Made by a program: the position numbers and the translations under genes. A stretch of DNA of 64,000 nt from Chiloscyllium plagiosum (Eukaryota). How positions within the stretch are numbered: the first letter of the stretch is position 1; each line of letters opens with the position of its first letter. The stretch covers positions 47,621,556-47,685,555 of the forward strand of contig NC_057718.1 in the NCBI RefSeq assembly GCF_004010195.1, in the 5' to 3' direction. The notes beneath the pieces are model-generated. The model worked only from the letters and a program-made list of their open reading frames with translations, did not search any database and was not told where the DNA came from. Below, piece after piece: positions 27,956-40,240 of this stretch.

Positions 27956-29031
27956 TAACAAAATCCAGTGTGACTGCTTATCTCTCCAGGTTTAACATGA
28001 TTTGCTGAGGACTTCCAGCATTTTGTTTACTTTCACAATTATATGCACCCACAGCAATTTTCTTTTCTCTTGCCAATGTACAAATACTACTTTACTATAG
28101 GTTTTTTTCTGAAGATCCCTGAAATGGGAAAATGGTATATTTAAAAAAAAAACAAGGAAGTGAGAGACACCAAATGACATCTCAAAATCAGTCCTGACAT
28201 TTTGGGTATATTGATCTGTATTCTTTCAGTATGAGAATTTAATAACCACAGCACATTTTAAAATAGATGTAACAAGTTAATTAGTTTGTTCTATTCAGCA
28301 GGGCACGCAGCATTATGCAGAGAAACTGAATGCACCTTTCTAGTCAACCCATTCATCAGGATTGATGAAAAAGGTAAACATTTAAGACTATGGAAGGGGA
28401 AAGGAGGCAGGCAGAACAAATTGAATATATGCAGTAGGAGTGAGGGCAGAAGAGATTAATTAGCAAAACATTTCATGTCGCAAAATTCAAAGACAGTGGC
28501 AATGGGTTCAGCAAGAAAACCAAGCTAATGTCCAAATGAGGTTTGAATGGCTACATAGCAGCCAATAAATGCAACATGAAGGGATAAGAAACAAACAAAA
28601 ACAATGAAATACAAACTAAGGATGGAGGCAGAGGTTATGATCTAAAGCTGCTGAAATCAATAGAGTCGAGGGGTTGAAGTGTCAAGAGGAAATGTGTGGC
28701 AGCTTTCCTTGAACTTCATTGCAACACTGCAGCACACCCTGGACTGAAAGATGAATGACAGCAAGGTGAATTTAAATGACAAGCAACAGGAAGCTTGGGG
28801 TCATACTTGCGAATTGAACAAAGATGTTCTGTGAAATGCCTGCCCTGCCTATGTTTGGCATTCCTGCATACAGGAGGCCATAGCAGGAACAGCAAATGCA
28901 GCAAAACTGAAATAAAAATCACTTTGTCAAAGCTTTTCATACTGCATTTTTCAATAAATCAAACTTACAGGAAAACCCAATATTTATGAGCCGTTTTCAA
29001 CAATTATGTCATGGCTGCTGAGCATCAAGGC

Positions 29032-29120
29032 TGAAAATGTGTTGCTGGAAAAGCGCAGGTCAGGCAGCATCCAGGGAACAGGAGAACCGACGTTTCGGGC
29101 ATAAGCCCTTCTTCAGGAAT
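29032..29120 (-). mobile_element. About 90-bp Penelope terminal-repeat insertion with intact minimal hammerhead core
   Basis: TSD gcatcaaggc (29022-29031, 29121-29130); minus strand CTGAAGA-A-GGGC-TTAT-GCCC-GAAA-C-GTC. Confidence 0.8.
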
Positions 29121-30024
29121 GCATCAAGGCCATGTCTGTGCTTCTGAATTTCTCCTGAAGTATTCCGTAATACTGAAAAGGTTGGGACCACTAACTTATA
29201 TTGTAATAAACAGTACTGATTGGTTGACAATCTTCAACAAAATGTTTTTTTTTAAACAATACTCAAATTCTATACTACCAAATAACTATTTAAATACTAC
29301 ATACTAAATTGAATCAAGTATAGGTAAATTGCTATTTCACTTGGGAGTGTTTGGAGCCTTGGATGCTGAGAAGGGAAGGAGGTCAAAAGAATACAGTGCA
29401 TCTCCTGTCTTTAAATGCAAAGGTAATGAGTGAAAAGGAGTGTGTGCTTCAGATGAATATGGAGTGAAGTTAGGTATTATGGAGGGAATGGTCCCTTCAG
29501 AATACGGAAAGGGAAGATGAAAATGCGTTTGCTGGTGACATCACTTGAACTGGCAAAACAGCACAGGATGATCTGTTGAATACAGAAGCTGATGGGAAGG
29601 AAGGTGATGTTGAGGGGGACCTAATCCATCCTGGTTTGCAGACAGCAACAAAACGTATCAGGCACTGTGTTGAGCCCTGTCAATCTCACCAGATGGGAAT
29701 CCTCAATTGAGAAAAAGGGAAGACAGAACAGAATCATGGATGTGGCAGGTTAGATCATCAGAACAAATATGTGACAAAGATGAAGAAACACAGGAGATTG
29801 AAAAAGAATCCTTATAGGAAGCAAGGTGTAATTAAATATAGACAAGGGAGGTGCAACAGTCCATGAGTTGTAGTGAATATTAGTTGATAGATTGGCTCCA
29901 GAAATGGAAACAAGTTGAGAAGGGAAAGGAAGAGATGGACCAGATGAAAGTGAGGGAAAGATGTATATTGGAAACACACAAGAAAAGTTTCCAGTTCATG
30001 GCAAGAGGTGGTTGCATCAATATC

Positions 30025-31790
30025 ATTTGATTTATTATTGTCACATGTACCTAAGTAGAGTGAAAAGTTTTGTTTTGAGTGTAGTACAGGAAGATCATAA
30101 CATACAAGGACCTATAGATCATGGTGTTTAAACAGAGGAGGGCATACAAGGTTACAGCTGCGCAGGAGGTGCACAAAAGCAAGATCAACATTAGATTTAA
30201 AATTAGAGAGACCCATTCAGCAGTCTAATAACAGTGGGGAAGAAATTGTTTGTGAACCTGCTGGTACGTGTGTTTAAACTTCTGCATCTTATACCTGACA
30301 GAAGAGGTTGGAAGAGATTATAACCAGGGTTGGAAGGGTCTTTGACAATGTTAGCTGCACTTCTGCAGCAACAAGTAGTGAAGATGGAGTCCATGGATGG
30401 GAAGCTCGCTTGTGAGATAGTCTGGGCTGTGTTCACAACTTTCTGTAGTTTCTTACGATCGTGGGCAGAGCATTTGCCATACTAAGCAATGATGCACCCA
30501 GACAAAATGCTTTCTAAGGTGCATCGGTAAAGGTTGATGGAGGGTCCCGATAGACATGCCGAATTTCCTAAGCCTCCTGAAGAAGCAGCAGCAGCACTGG
30601 TGTTCCTTCTTGACCGGTGCAACTACATGGGAGGAACAGGTCAGATTGTTAGTGATCATCACTCCTAGGAACCTGACACCCTCAACCCTCTCCACCTCTG
30701 CTCCATTCATGTAGCTAGGGAGGTATTTTCCTCCTTTCTTTCTGAAGTCAATGATCAGTTCTTTAGTTTTGCTGACATTGTGGGATAAATTGTTATCTTT
30801 GCACCACAACACCAAGCATTCTATCTCCTTTTTGTATTCGGATTTGTCATAGCTTGATGTCCGGTCTACAATGGTGGCCAGTGTCGCCAGTGGATAGTAT
30901 TTGGATGATATTTGGTCATGCAGTCATTAGGAGTACAGCAGGGGGTTGAGTACACATCCTTGCATAGCTTCACTGTTGAGGACTATTATAGAGGACGTGT
31001 TGTTGTCTATCTTCACTGATTGCGGGTCAGGAAGCTGAGTATCCAGTTTCAGAGGGTGGAATAAGACTTAGGTCTCAGAGTATGAAGATGCGTTTGATTG
31101 GGATTATAGAATTTAAGGCAGAGCCGTAGTCGTTAAGTAGAATCCTGATGTAAATCTCCTTATTAATCAGGTGTTCCAGGAATGTGTGTAGGGCTAAGAA
31201 AATGGCCTCTGCTGTGGACCTGTTGCACCAGTAGGCAAATTTCAGGGGATTGAGCCTGGCTTCGAGGATAGAGTTGATGTCAGCCCTGACTAACTCCTTG
31301 AAGCACTTCATAATTATGGGGGTCAGAGCCACCGGGCAGTAGTCATGGAGGCATATTGCATGTGTTTCCTTTGGCACTGGAATGTTGGTAGTCTTCTTCA
31401 AGCAGGTGGGGACTTCAGATTGTAGCAAGCAGAGGTTAAAGATGTCAGTGAATACTCCTGCCAGCTAGTCTGCACAGGATCTGAGTGCACGGCTGGAGAC
31501 TCCATCTGGGCCAGTTTTCCTCCAGTTCAGTCTCATGAAGGCCGATCTGATGTCTGCAATAGTGACTAAGGGAACAGGGGCTGGCAGGACAGGACATAAA
31601 CAGAGCATAAAATGCACTTAGCGCATCAGAGAAGGGTGTACTTTTGTCCACCATTTTGTTCTGTTTCATTTTGTATGCCATTATATTGTGTAGGCCTTGC
31701 CAGAGGCAGTGGGTGTCTGTGCGGTTAGTTTGGGCCTCTAATTTGGTCTCGTACTGCATCTTTGGATCTCATATGACCTTGCTGAGGTAG
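30025..31790 (-). mobile_element. Rex1/Babar-type LINE, 5'-truncated
   Basis: IPVPK...[47 protein letters not shown] motifs typical of Rex1/Babar RT. Confidence 0.8.
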
Positions 31791-33049
31791 TATTTGGATT
31801 TTCTCTGAAGGTCTGCGTTGTCCAACTTGAATGCCACATGCCTGGTCTTCAGTAGGCAATGGATTTCCTGATTTCATCATTAACATGTCAGATAAAGCGT
31901 TGAGGGAAGAGTCCATCTCTGCAATGTCAGACTGCAGTAATCAATGTTCCATATATTCCACAGAAACGTAGGACTCATTGCAGGTAGCCATTTGGACAAA
32001 ATCAATGAAGTTGAAAAATAAAAGTTATTCAGATTGAGAACAACCTCAGTCGTAAGTCGTGGATGAGAACTGTTTGGACCTCTTCAAGAGAGGAGTGGAG
32101 AGCTTTACGACCATCTTGATAGGGAATGTAGACATAGAGGGATTAGAGGCCTACAGTGAAGAGAAAATGATTAAGGCCAGGAAACTGCCAACTGTTGACG
32201 TGGGCCATCAGAAGAGATTGGAAGAAATAAGTTCACAGAGGCAGGAAAAACTGAAAGTGAAAAAACCAGGACTGCTTTGCTTGTAGATTTTGGGAAGGAG
32301 CTTGAACTGAGCTGTGCAGGGTTAGTGGACTGAAGTTGGAGACAGAGGATGGGGGCAAGTGACGATCCAGGAAAAGATATCCAGCGATGATATGGTCCGG
32401 GGAGGTAGGAGAAAGTGTTGGAGGGTTGGTATCCAGCTTGGTAAAAGTCCATAGACAACTCAACAGTCCCACCTTGGTCAGTGGATTGGTCGACAAAATT
32501 AAGGTGAGAGAATGGGGTGCGGCAATTTCTGAGAGGTCGGTTCAAATTCCCTTCAACTGACTGAAAAATCTCATCCTATTGTTCAAATAAAAGGCCTATG
32601 ACCTGAAACATTAAGACATTTTTCATTTCTCTCTCCAGTTGTGGCTGATGCCATCCAACCTGATTGTTTGCACCTCTTTTTATTTCAGATTTCTGGCATC
32701 TCTAGCATTTTGCTTTTGTAATCTGTTTCCACACTCGATAAGGCTATTCTGAAGTTCCTGCTTTCTCAAACTCACCCCTCACCTGAAGTGAGGGAACTCT
32801 CAGGTTAAGCTTGCCACCTGCAGTCTCCCTTTAAAGACAATGCAACTTTTATTGTCCACTGGGACTACGGCAAATTTACCTTTGTACACTTATTTAAGCA
32901 CAGGTTCCTAATTTTGCAGCCTTTTTAAAACACAATTAAAAGCCATGAATTCTTCACATTGTTTATTATCCTTCTTCTAAAATCTAAATCTTTGACACAC
33001 CTCAGACAGGAAAATAAACTGTACTTCAACTCACTTGCAAAATTGTTTT

Positions 33050-34340
33050 TGTGCATAAGGCCATTCAGCTCATCATGACCACAGCTGCTGACCAACTTAG
33101 CATTGTGACCTTACGTCAAAATCTTCTGCCTTTTTCCTGTACCTCACATATTGTTTCAAATAATCACTTATCGCCCTCTTTAATGCTTTGATGAAACTAG
33201 TCCTCTCATGAGGACTAGTTTCACAAATTTCCTCTTTGCCTTCTTTGTTCTAAGGAGAAAAGTCTCAATCTCTCTCTCTCTTCATAACTGATGTTATTCA
33301 TCCCTGGAGCCATTCTTGTAAATCTCGTTTGCATTTTCTCCAACAAGTTCACATCCTTCCAAGATGTGGCACTCAGATCTGTGTACAGATAGGTCTTCTA
33401 TAATGTGATGATTGCGTCCAAGTGCAACCCCGCATTTTAGAAAAATCACACTTTAGAAACAGTGCTTCAAGTGTTGACAATGTAATTGTGTTACAGCCAA
33501 AATACATTTTAAAAGTCTGCACTTTGGAAACAGTGTCCCCAGTTTGTTACAGTGAATTTGGGTTAACGAAATGTGCATTATAGCAGAGTAACCTGTACAA
33601 TACTCTGGCTGAGCTTTAACTACTGACTTATACAAGTTCAACATCACCTCCTTGTTCTTGCACTCCATGCCCCTATCCATAAAACCCAGCATTCTGTTTG
33701 CTTTATTAACTGCTCACTCCATCTGTTGTGCCACCTTTAGCGACCCATGTACACATACAACCAGGTCTTTCTGCTCTCTTATTCCCCCTCTTAGTAATGT
33801 ACTTATTTTCGTAACGTGCATCTGTGCTATTCCTACTAAATCACACCTCTCTGCCTTGAATTTTATCGGTGTCTATATACCCACTCCCACCAATCTATCC
33901 ACGTCCCTTTGAAGTTCTACACTGTCTTTACAGTTTACAAGCTTTATGCGTCACAAATGTTTAGTGTTCCCTGCACATAAAGCACTAGACAATTAATATA
34001 TAAATAATGAAAAACAAGGGTCCCCATACTGACCTCCAGATTGAAAAATATCTATTGACTATTACTGTTTCATGTCAGTGGGTCAAATCTGTTATGAGGC
34101 AGTATGTAGAATGCTTTTTGGAGTCCACATCAACATGTGCAGCACATCAACAGAATGATACTCAAGCCTCTCCGTTCTCTCTTAAAAATAATCCAGCAAG
34201 TTAAACAAGACTTTCCCTGAAGAAATCCATTTTGGCTGTTCATAATCAACCCACATTTTTCCTAGTGATCATGAATTCTATTTTGAATAGCCGTTTCCAG
34301 AAACTTCTCTACTAGTCTTAAGCTGACTGATCTGCAATCC
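33050..34340 (-). mobile_element. Old CR1 LINE remnant
   Basis: MLGFMDRGMECKNKEVMLNLYKSVVKAQPEYC. Confidence 0.7.
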
Positions 34341-34389
34341 AAGAAGAGTGAACAAGGAGAGGGCCCTGTGGCTGACAGACAGCGACAGA

Positions 34390-34575
34390 ACTATATTAAA
34401 CAAACACAGAGAATGCTGGAGGAACACTCAACAGGTCTAAAAGGAGAGATAAAGACAAACTGGACTGAAAATATTAACTCTGTTTCTCTTTCCACAGGTG
34501 CTGCTAGACCTGTTGAGTTTCTCCAGAATTGTGTTTGGTTCAGATTTCCAACATCTGCAATATTTTGGCCTTTAA
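34390..34575. mobile_element. Palindromic Penelope terminal-repeat remnant
   Basis: ctggaggaacactcaacaggtcta / tagacctgttgagtttctccag inverted arms. Confidence 0.55.
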
Positions 34576-34747
34576 CAGAGCTTTGAGTCAGAGATAATTG
34601 GAATCAGTTCTTGTGCTACTACAAAGAAACAAGCTTGCTCTTTGGCAATTCTCTGAAACTGGTCAAGCTCTTCTTTCCCAAATTTTAATATACAGATATT
34701 TGACAAAGGAAATATAAAGTCAGAAGTCACATGACACCAGGTTATAG

Positions 34748-35495
34748 GCAGAAGTGGTTACTGCAGATGCTGGAGAGGAGAGTCAAGATTAGAGTGGTGC
34801 TGGAAAAGCACAGCAGGTCAGGCAGCATCCGAGCAGGAAAAAATGACGTTTTGGGCAAAAGCCCTTCACCAGGAATGAGGCTGGGAGCCTCAGGGGTGGA
34901 GAGATAAATGGGAGGGGGTGGGGCTGGGGAGAAGGTAGCTGAGAGTGCAGTAGGTAGATGGAGGTGGTGGTGAAGGTTGGAGAGGAGGGTGGAGCGGATA
35001 GGTGGGAAGGAAGATTGACAGGTCAGACAGGTCATGAGGACGGTGTTGTACTGGAAGGCTGGAACTGGGGTAAGGTGGGGGATGGGGAAATGAGCAAACT
35101 GGTGAAGTCCACATTGATGCCAAGAGGTTGAAAGCTCTCGAGGCGGAAGGTGAGGTGTTCTTCCTCCAGGCGTCGGGTGGTGAGGGAATGGCAGTGGAGG
35201 AGGCCCAGGACCTGCATGTCCTCGACAGAGTGGGTGGAAGACTTGAAATGTTCAGCCACGGGAACATTGGGTTGATTGGCAAGGCAGCACTCGGTCTCCC
35301 AAATGTAGAGGGGACGGCATCAGGAGGAACAGCTACAATAAATGACATGTGTGGAAGTGCAGGTGAAACTTCAATGGATGTGGAAGGCTCCTTTGGGGCC
35401 TTGGATGCAGGTGAGGTGAGGACAGGGGAGGAGCAGGTTTGCAATTCCTGTGATGGCAGAGGAAGGTGCCAGGAGGGGAGGGTGGGTTGTTGGGG
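34748..35495 (-). mobile_element. Penelope-like element 3' part (GIY-YIG and terminal repeat)
   Basis: RRLEEEHLTFRLESFQPLGINVDF; terminal repeat with mutated hammerhead ctggtga...gcccaaaacgtc. Confidence 0.85.
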
Positions 35496-35499
35496 TTGT

Positions 35500-35700
35500 T
35501 CCCCCTCTCACCCTGAACCTCTGCCCTCCAGTTCTGGACACCTCCAACCCAGGAAAACGACTTTGTCTATTTATCCTATCCATGCCCCTCATGATTTTCT
35601 AAACCTCCAAAAGGTCACCCCCTCAGCCTCTGACGCTCCAGGTAAAACAACCCTAGCCGATTCAATCTCTCCCTATAGCTTAAATCCTCCAACCCTGGCA
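35500..35700 (-). mobile_element. CR1 internal fragment
   Basis: Matches the CR1 ORF2 C-terminus of other copies. Confidence 0.75.
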
Positions 35701-35709
35701 AGAACTGGA

Positions 35710-36160
35710 GGCTGAACTACAGACATTGGAATACAATGGAGGGGGAAGGTTACCTGCATTCTTTGCAGGAGACAGCCACACCATAATAAGAGGTTTTTAG
35801 ATGGTCAGGGCACAAGTGTGTGACTATGAATGAGACAGGTATCGAGACCCACAGGAAGGAGTACTCAAGTGACAGCCTCTGTAATTGTTCAAGTGATCTC
35901 ATGGCCTGTTTGAATGACAGCAGTGGCCGTAGGGTGGATGAACAAACTGAACATGGCACCAGCCTTCAAGCTGGAGAACGAATAAGGAATACAGTGATTG
36001 GTAATGGCATAGTGCCGGAATTGACACTTCTTTGCAAAAAATAATGAGTACCGATGGCTGCATTGTCTGCCAATGTCGGGATTTGGAACGTCTGCTTAAG
36101 GCTGGAAAGAAACTTGTGGTGTGAAGGGGAAGATCCAGTGGTCATAATCCATGTGAATAT
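35710..36160 (+). mobile_element. CR1 ORF1 (SGNH esterase-like) remnant
   Basis: TVIGNGIV...RLERNLWCEGEDPVVIIHV resembles CR1 ORF1 esterase motifs. Confidence 0.55.
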
Positions 36161-36779
36161 CATCGCTCCCTTGAATCTGTTTAGCCAATCCACACATGTC
36201 ACTCATCATGCCAATATATTGATTTTCGGTTTTGGAAGTTGATACCATGCACGGACCTCAGAGATCTGCGCACTGGAAAATAAAATTAGAGGAAGTATTG
36301 GTAGGTACCAAAGACCTAGATAGAAATAGGAACGAAATTCTGCACAGATAGTATGACGATCTCGACACCAAATTGAAAGGCTGCATTTGCTGTCACCAAG
36401 GAGCATTCACAGTATGCCAAAGGAAGACACTTGGGCATGCAATAGTGAATGAAGTTTACTGAAACGCATCTGCATGCACGTCTTCACCACTGGGCTGGCT
36501 GCAAGTACGACAAAAGGCTGGATCCACAAATGCCTTCTGTGGCTTGACACTTCAACTTCTTGTGCATTTTGGCTGGTTCCACATCTGTAGATGTCTATAA
36601 ATATCCACAGCCTTCACCACCGATGCTCAGCAGCAGCACGTACTATCTATAAAATGCACTGCAGAAATTCACTTAAGATCATTAGACAACACCTTCCAGA
36701 TGCATGGCTATCTAGAAGGACAAGAACCAATAACAATGGCCTTGGTCTTCCTAATACTTAGTTGAAGGCAATTTCTGCT

Positions 36780-38412
36780 CATATGCTCACCAGAAGTGCC
36801 GAGTGGAGGATCCATCTCAGCCTCCTCCAGTGATCCCCAACATTAAAGATACCAGTTTCCAACCAATTCAATTCATTCCACATGATATCAAAAAACAGCT
36901 GGAGGCTCTGGATACTGGAAAGTCTATGGGCCCTGACAACATTCCCACAAAAGTGCTGAAGACTTGTGCTCCAGAACTTGCTGCATCCCCAAAACAAGCT
37001 GTTCCAGTAGTTATAACACTGGCATCGATCTCACAGTGTGGGAAATTGCCGAAGTATGCCCTGTACACAAAAAGCAGGACAAATCCAACCCGGAATATTA
37101 CTGCCTTAACAATCCAATGTCAATTATTAGTAACTGATGGAAGATGCCATCAACAGTGCTATCAGTAAGCAATAACCTGCTTAATGAGGTCCAGTCTGGG
37201 TTCCACCAGGGCCATTCAGCTCCAGACCTCATTACAGCCTTGGTTCAAATATGGACAAAAAAGTTGAATTCCAGAGATGAGGTGAAAGTGACACTCTTAA
37301 CATCAAGGCTGCATTTGACTGAGTATAGCAACATGGAGCCCGAGCAAAACTGGAATCAATGGGCATCAGGGGTAGTTAGAGTCATACCTGACACATAGGA
37401 AGATGGTCATGGTTGTGGAGGTTAGTTATCTCAGCTCCAGAACATGTCTGCAGGAATTCCTCAGGGTAGTGTCCTAGGCCCAACGATCTTCAGCTGCTTC
37501 ATCAATGACCTTCCCTCCATCATAAGATCAGAAGTGGGGATATTCACAGATGATTGCACAATGTTGAGCACCATTCACAACTCGTCAGAAACTGAAGCAG
37601 TCCATATCCAAATGCAACAAGATCTGGATAATATCCAGGATTGGGCTGACAAGTGGTAAGTAATACTCGCACCATCACTAACAATCACCAATAAGAGACA
37701 GTCTAACCACAGGTCTTTGATATTCAATGGTGTTACCGTCACCGAATTTCCGATTACCAACATCCTCAGAGTTATCATTAATCAGAAACTCAAATGGACT
37801 CACCGCATAAACGTAGTGGCAACAGGTCAGAGGCGAGGAACACTTCGGCAAGTAACACACCTTGTGACTCTCCAAAGCTGGTCTACCATCAACAAAGCAC
37901 AAGTCAGGAGTGTGATGGAATACTCCCCTCTTGCCTGGATGAGTACAGCCCCAACAACAGTCAAGAAGCTTGACACCACCCAGGAAAAAGCAGCCTGATT
38001 GACTGGTACCATATCCACAAGCACCCACTTCCTCCATCACTGACACTCAATAGCAGCAGTATGTACTCCACACAAGATGCACTGCAGAAATTCACCAAAG
38101 ATCTTCAGATAGCACCTTCCAAACCCCATGACCACTTTCATCTAGAATGACAAGGGCAGCAGATATATGGGATCACCACCACCTTCAAGTTCCCCTCCAA
38201 ATCACTCACCATCCTGACTTGAAAATATATCACCATCCCTTCACTGTCATTGGGTCAAAATCCTGGAATTCCCTCCCTGATGACAGTCCAACCCACAGCA
38301 ATTGGACTGGAGCATCTCAAGAAGGAGCTCACTATCACCCTCTCAAGGGCAACTCGGGGACAAGCAATAATGCTGGCCAGCCAGTGACACCCACATCCCA
38401 CAAAATGAATAA
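36780..38412 (+). mobile_element. CR1-clade LINE of a second family (RT to 3' end)
   Basis: KSMGPDNIP, QSGFHQGHS, GIPQGSVLGPTIFSCFINDLP, IFTDDCT, YSPLAWM. Confidence 0.85.
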
Positions 38413-39094
38413 TTTTTTTCATAACTCTGATACTGTGTCTATCAAGGAGTCTGACAGAGAAGGGATTGAGTGAGACGACAGTGAGATAGAAATATGCTTT
38501 CAAGATGCTAATGAAACCAGACCCGATTGTTGCAATCCCCTCGTCTGCCACAAAATCTGAATATTGTGCTCTATTTGGACACAGACTGTATCAATGTCAC
38601 AGGAGTCTCAAATGGTGCTGAAGAATGTGCAATTATTAGCAAACATCACCCTACCTCTTAACTAATTATGAAGCTATTACTGAACCAGCAAACTGAGCAT
38701 TATAATAGCAGGGAAACACAGCTGAACGTTGGGCCAGAGAAATAAAGGGCAGAAAGCAGTAGATACAACTAAACAAATAGTCTCAATCCCAGTCAGAGAA
38801 CGCCACAAACTTGCTACAAAATACTGAAAATGCCGAAGCTCTGAAATAGAAATTGAAAATGGAGAAACTCAACAGGTCTGACAGCAACTGTGGAGATAAA
38901 AACAGAGCTGCCAAACTGGAGGAACACAAACACACTGCATAGCCTCCTGGAATGAACATTACATTCAACAACATGAAACCATGACCTCTTTCTTCATTTT
39001 CATTTCTCCCTGCTGCTGATCCCACCCCAGTGTCTTGTTTTTATGATTTTGCTTTCAACACAACTGATCTTGTTCTGCTCTCAATTTCTATTAA

Positions 39095-40038
39095 CATTGT
39101 GATACTGTAAACATCAAAACTTTAATCAGGAGGATTCTGGCTAATTGAAGATGGAGGACAGGAAATATGTGGCTGTAAGAGCAGCTCCTATTTGAGATAT
39201 TTTCAGTATTGGAGCTAATTTCTTCAAATTCAAGGAACAGTAATTACTATTTTAGAAGCTGTTGCATGGTTTTGGAACTTTGGGAGGATAAAAGATCAAA
39301 CCAATAGCACTTTTAAAAGGAGAAAGTGTTATGAAGGTGTCGGTATGTACTGTACTTTTAAGAGAAAGGTGACTGAAAGCACAGAGTGTGCTATACTATT
39401 TAAAAATGTAACATTTGGTTGAAACAAATAGATGGAGTTGAATTGCCATGGAACAAAAACAAATTCAAATTTAGCCAATTAGTTTAAATCCTATTGAATT
39501 TGAATTTTACTGTTTGGGATGGCATCAAACCAATGAAATGATCTGATGTTTTGGGGTATAAAACCAGACATTTTGAACAGTTAGAGTGAGAACAGCAAAC
39601 AGCACCAACAAGTACAGACTGCGAGCCGAATAGCTCTCTGAAAGGTACCTGTTCATAAGAAAAGTTGTGTAGCAGAAGACCGAAGAAAAGACAACCCAGG
39701 AAAATACAAGAGGAAAATCTACAAAAAAAATTCTACAATGGAGAATCGAAAAAGCTGGCTGGTTTTGAAACTTTTATTTTGTAAATCTTAATCAAGATTT
39801 ATTTTATCTGACTAGTATTGTAGAGTGGGAGGTAAAAGATAGGCTGAAAGGAAAGTTGTAAAAAGTTGTTGTTTTAATGTTCTCTTTTGGACCTAAAGAA
39901 TAAAATTGTTAATTTCCACTTTAAATAGTGAGATCAGGAATAGTTCTTTGCCTCTCGAAATTTAACAGATGACAGCGCAAAGTGAGCTTCTGAGTGTCGG
40001 ATTTAAATCAGCAGAGAGGTTTACCCAGTGTCGTAACA
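39095..40038 (+). mobile_element. 5' LTR of Gypsy-type retrotransposon
   Basis: Degenerate terminal inverted repeats (cattgtgatactg ... cagtgtcgtaaca), TATAAAA near 39556, AATAAA near 39899, immediately followed by a PBS. Confidence 0.75.
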
Positions 40039-40041
40039 GTT

Positions 40042-40067
40042 TGAGGGCTCTCGTCCATGATTTGAAC
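40042..40067 (+). promoter_or_regulatory. Primer-binding site, tRNA-Pro type
   Basis: tgagggctctcgtccatgatttgaac versus the tRNA-Pro 3' complement TGGGGGCTCGTCCGGGATTTGAAC, 3 nt after the LTR end. Confidence 0.75.
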
Positions 40068-40240
40068 AGGTTTAGACAGATCCAGTCTGAGATTTGGATA
40101 CATTTGAATAGATTTGGGGTACAAAGTCCAGTAGATTTAAACACTTGCTGGTTATTGTCCTAAATCTTTAAATAAAACATAGGTGAGCCAATTTGTTTAA
40201 TTTCAGTCACTTATGGTTGGTTAAATTAAAAGTGAGAGAA

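Larger units (their letters stand above)
28290..32720 (-). mobile_element. Old Penelope-like element interrupted by several insertions
   Basis: RT motif TAQFKLLPKIYKQSSPG near 32270-32320; GIY-YIG tail FTEHLCSIRKYDPKLPVACHLNS near 28770-28840; terminal repeats at about 28290-28360 and inverted at about 32580-32720. Confidence 0.6.

Noticed and set aside
34890..35715. Longest ORFs in the track (184 and 195 aa)
   Set aside because: Off-frame or antisense readings across Penelope and CR1 fragments.
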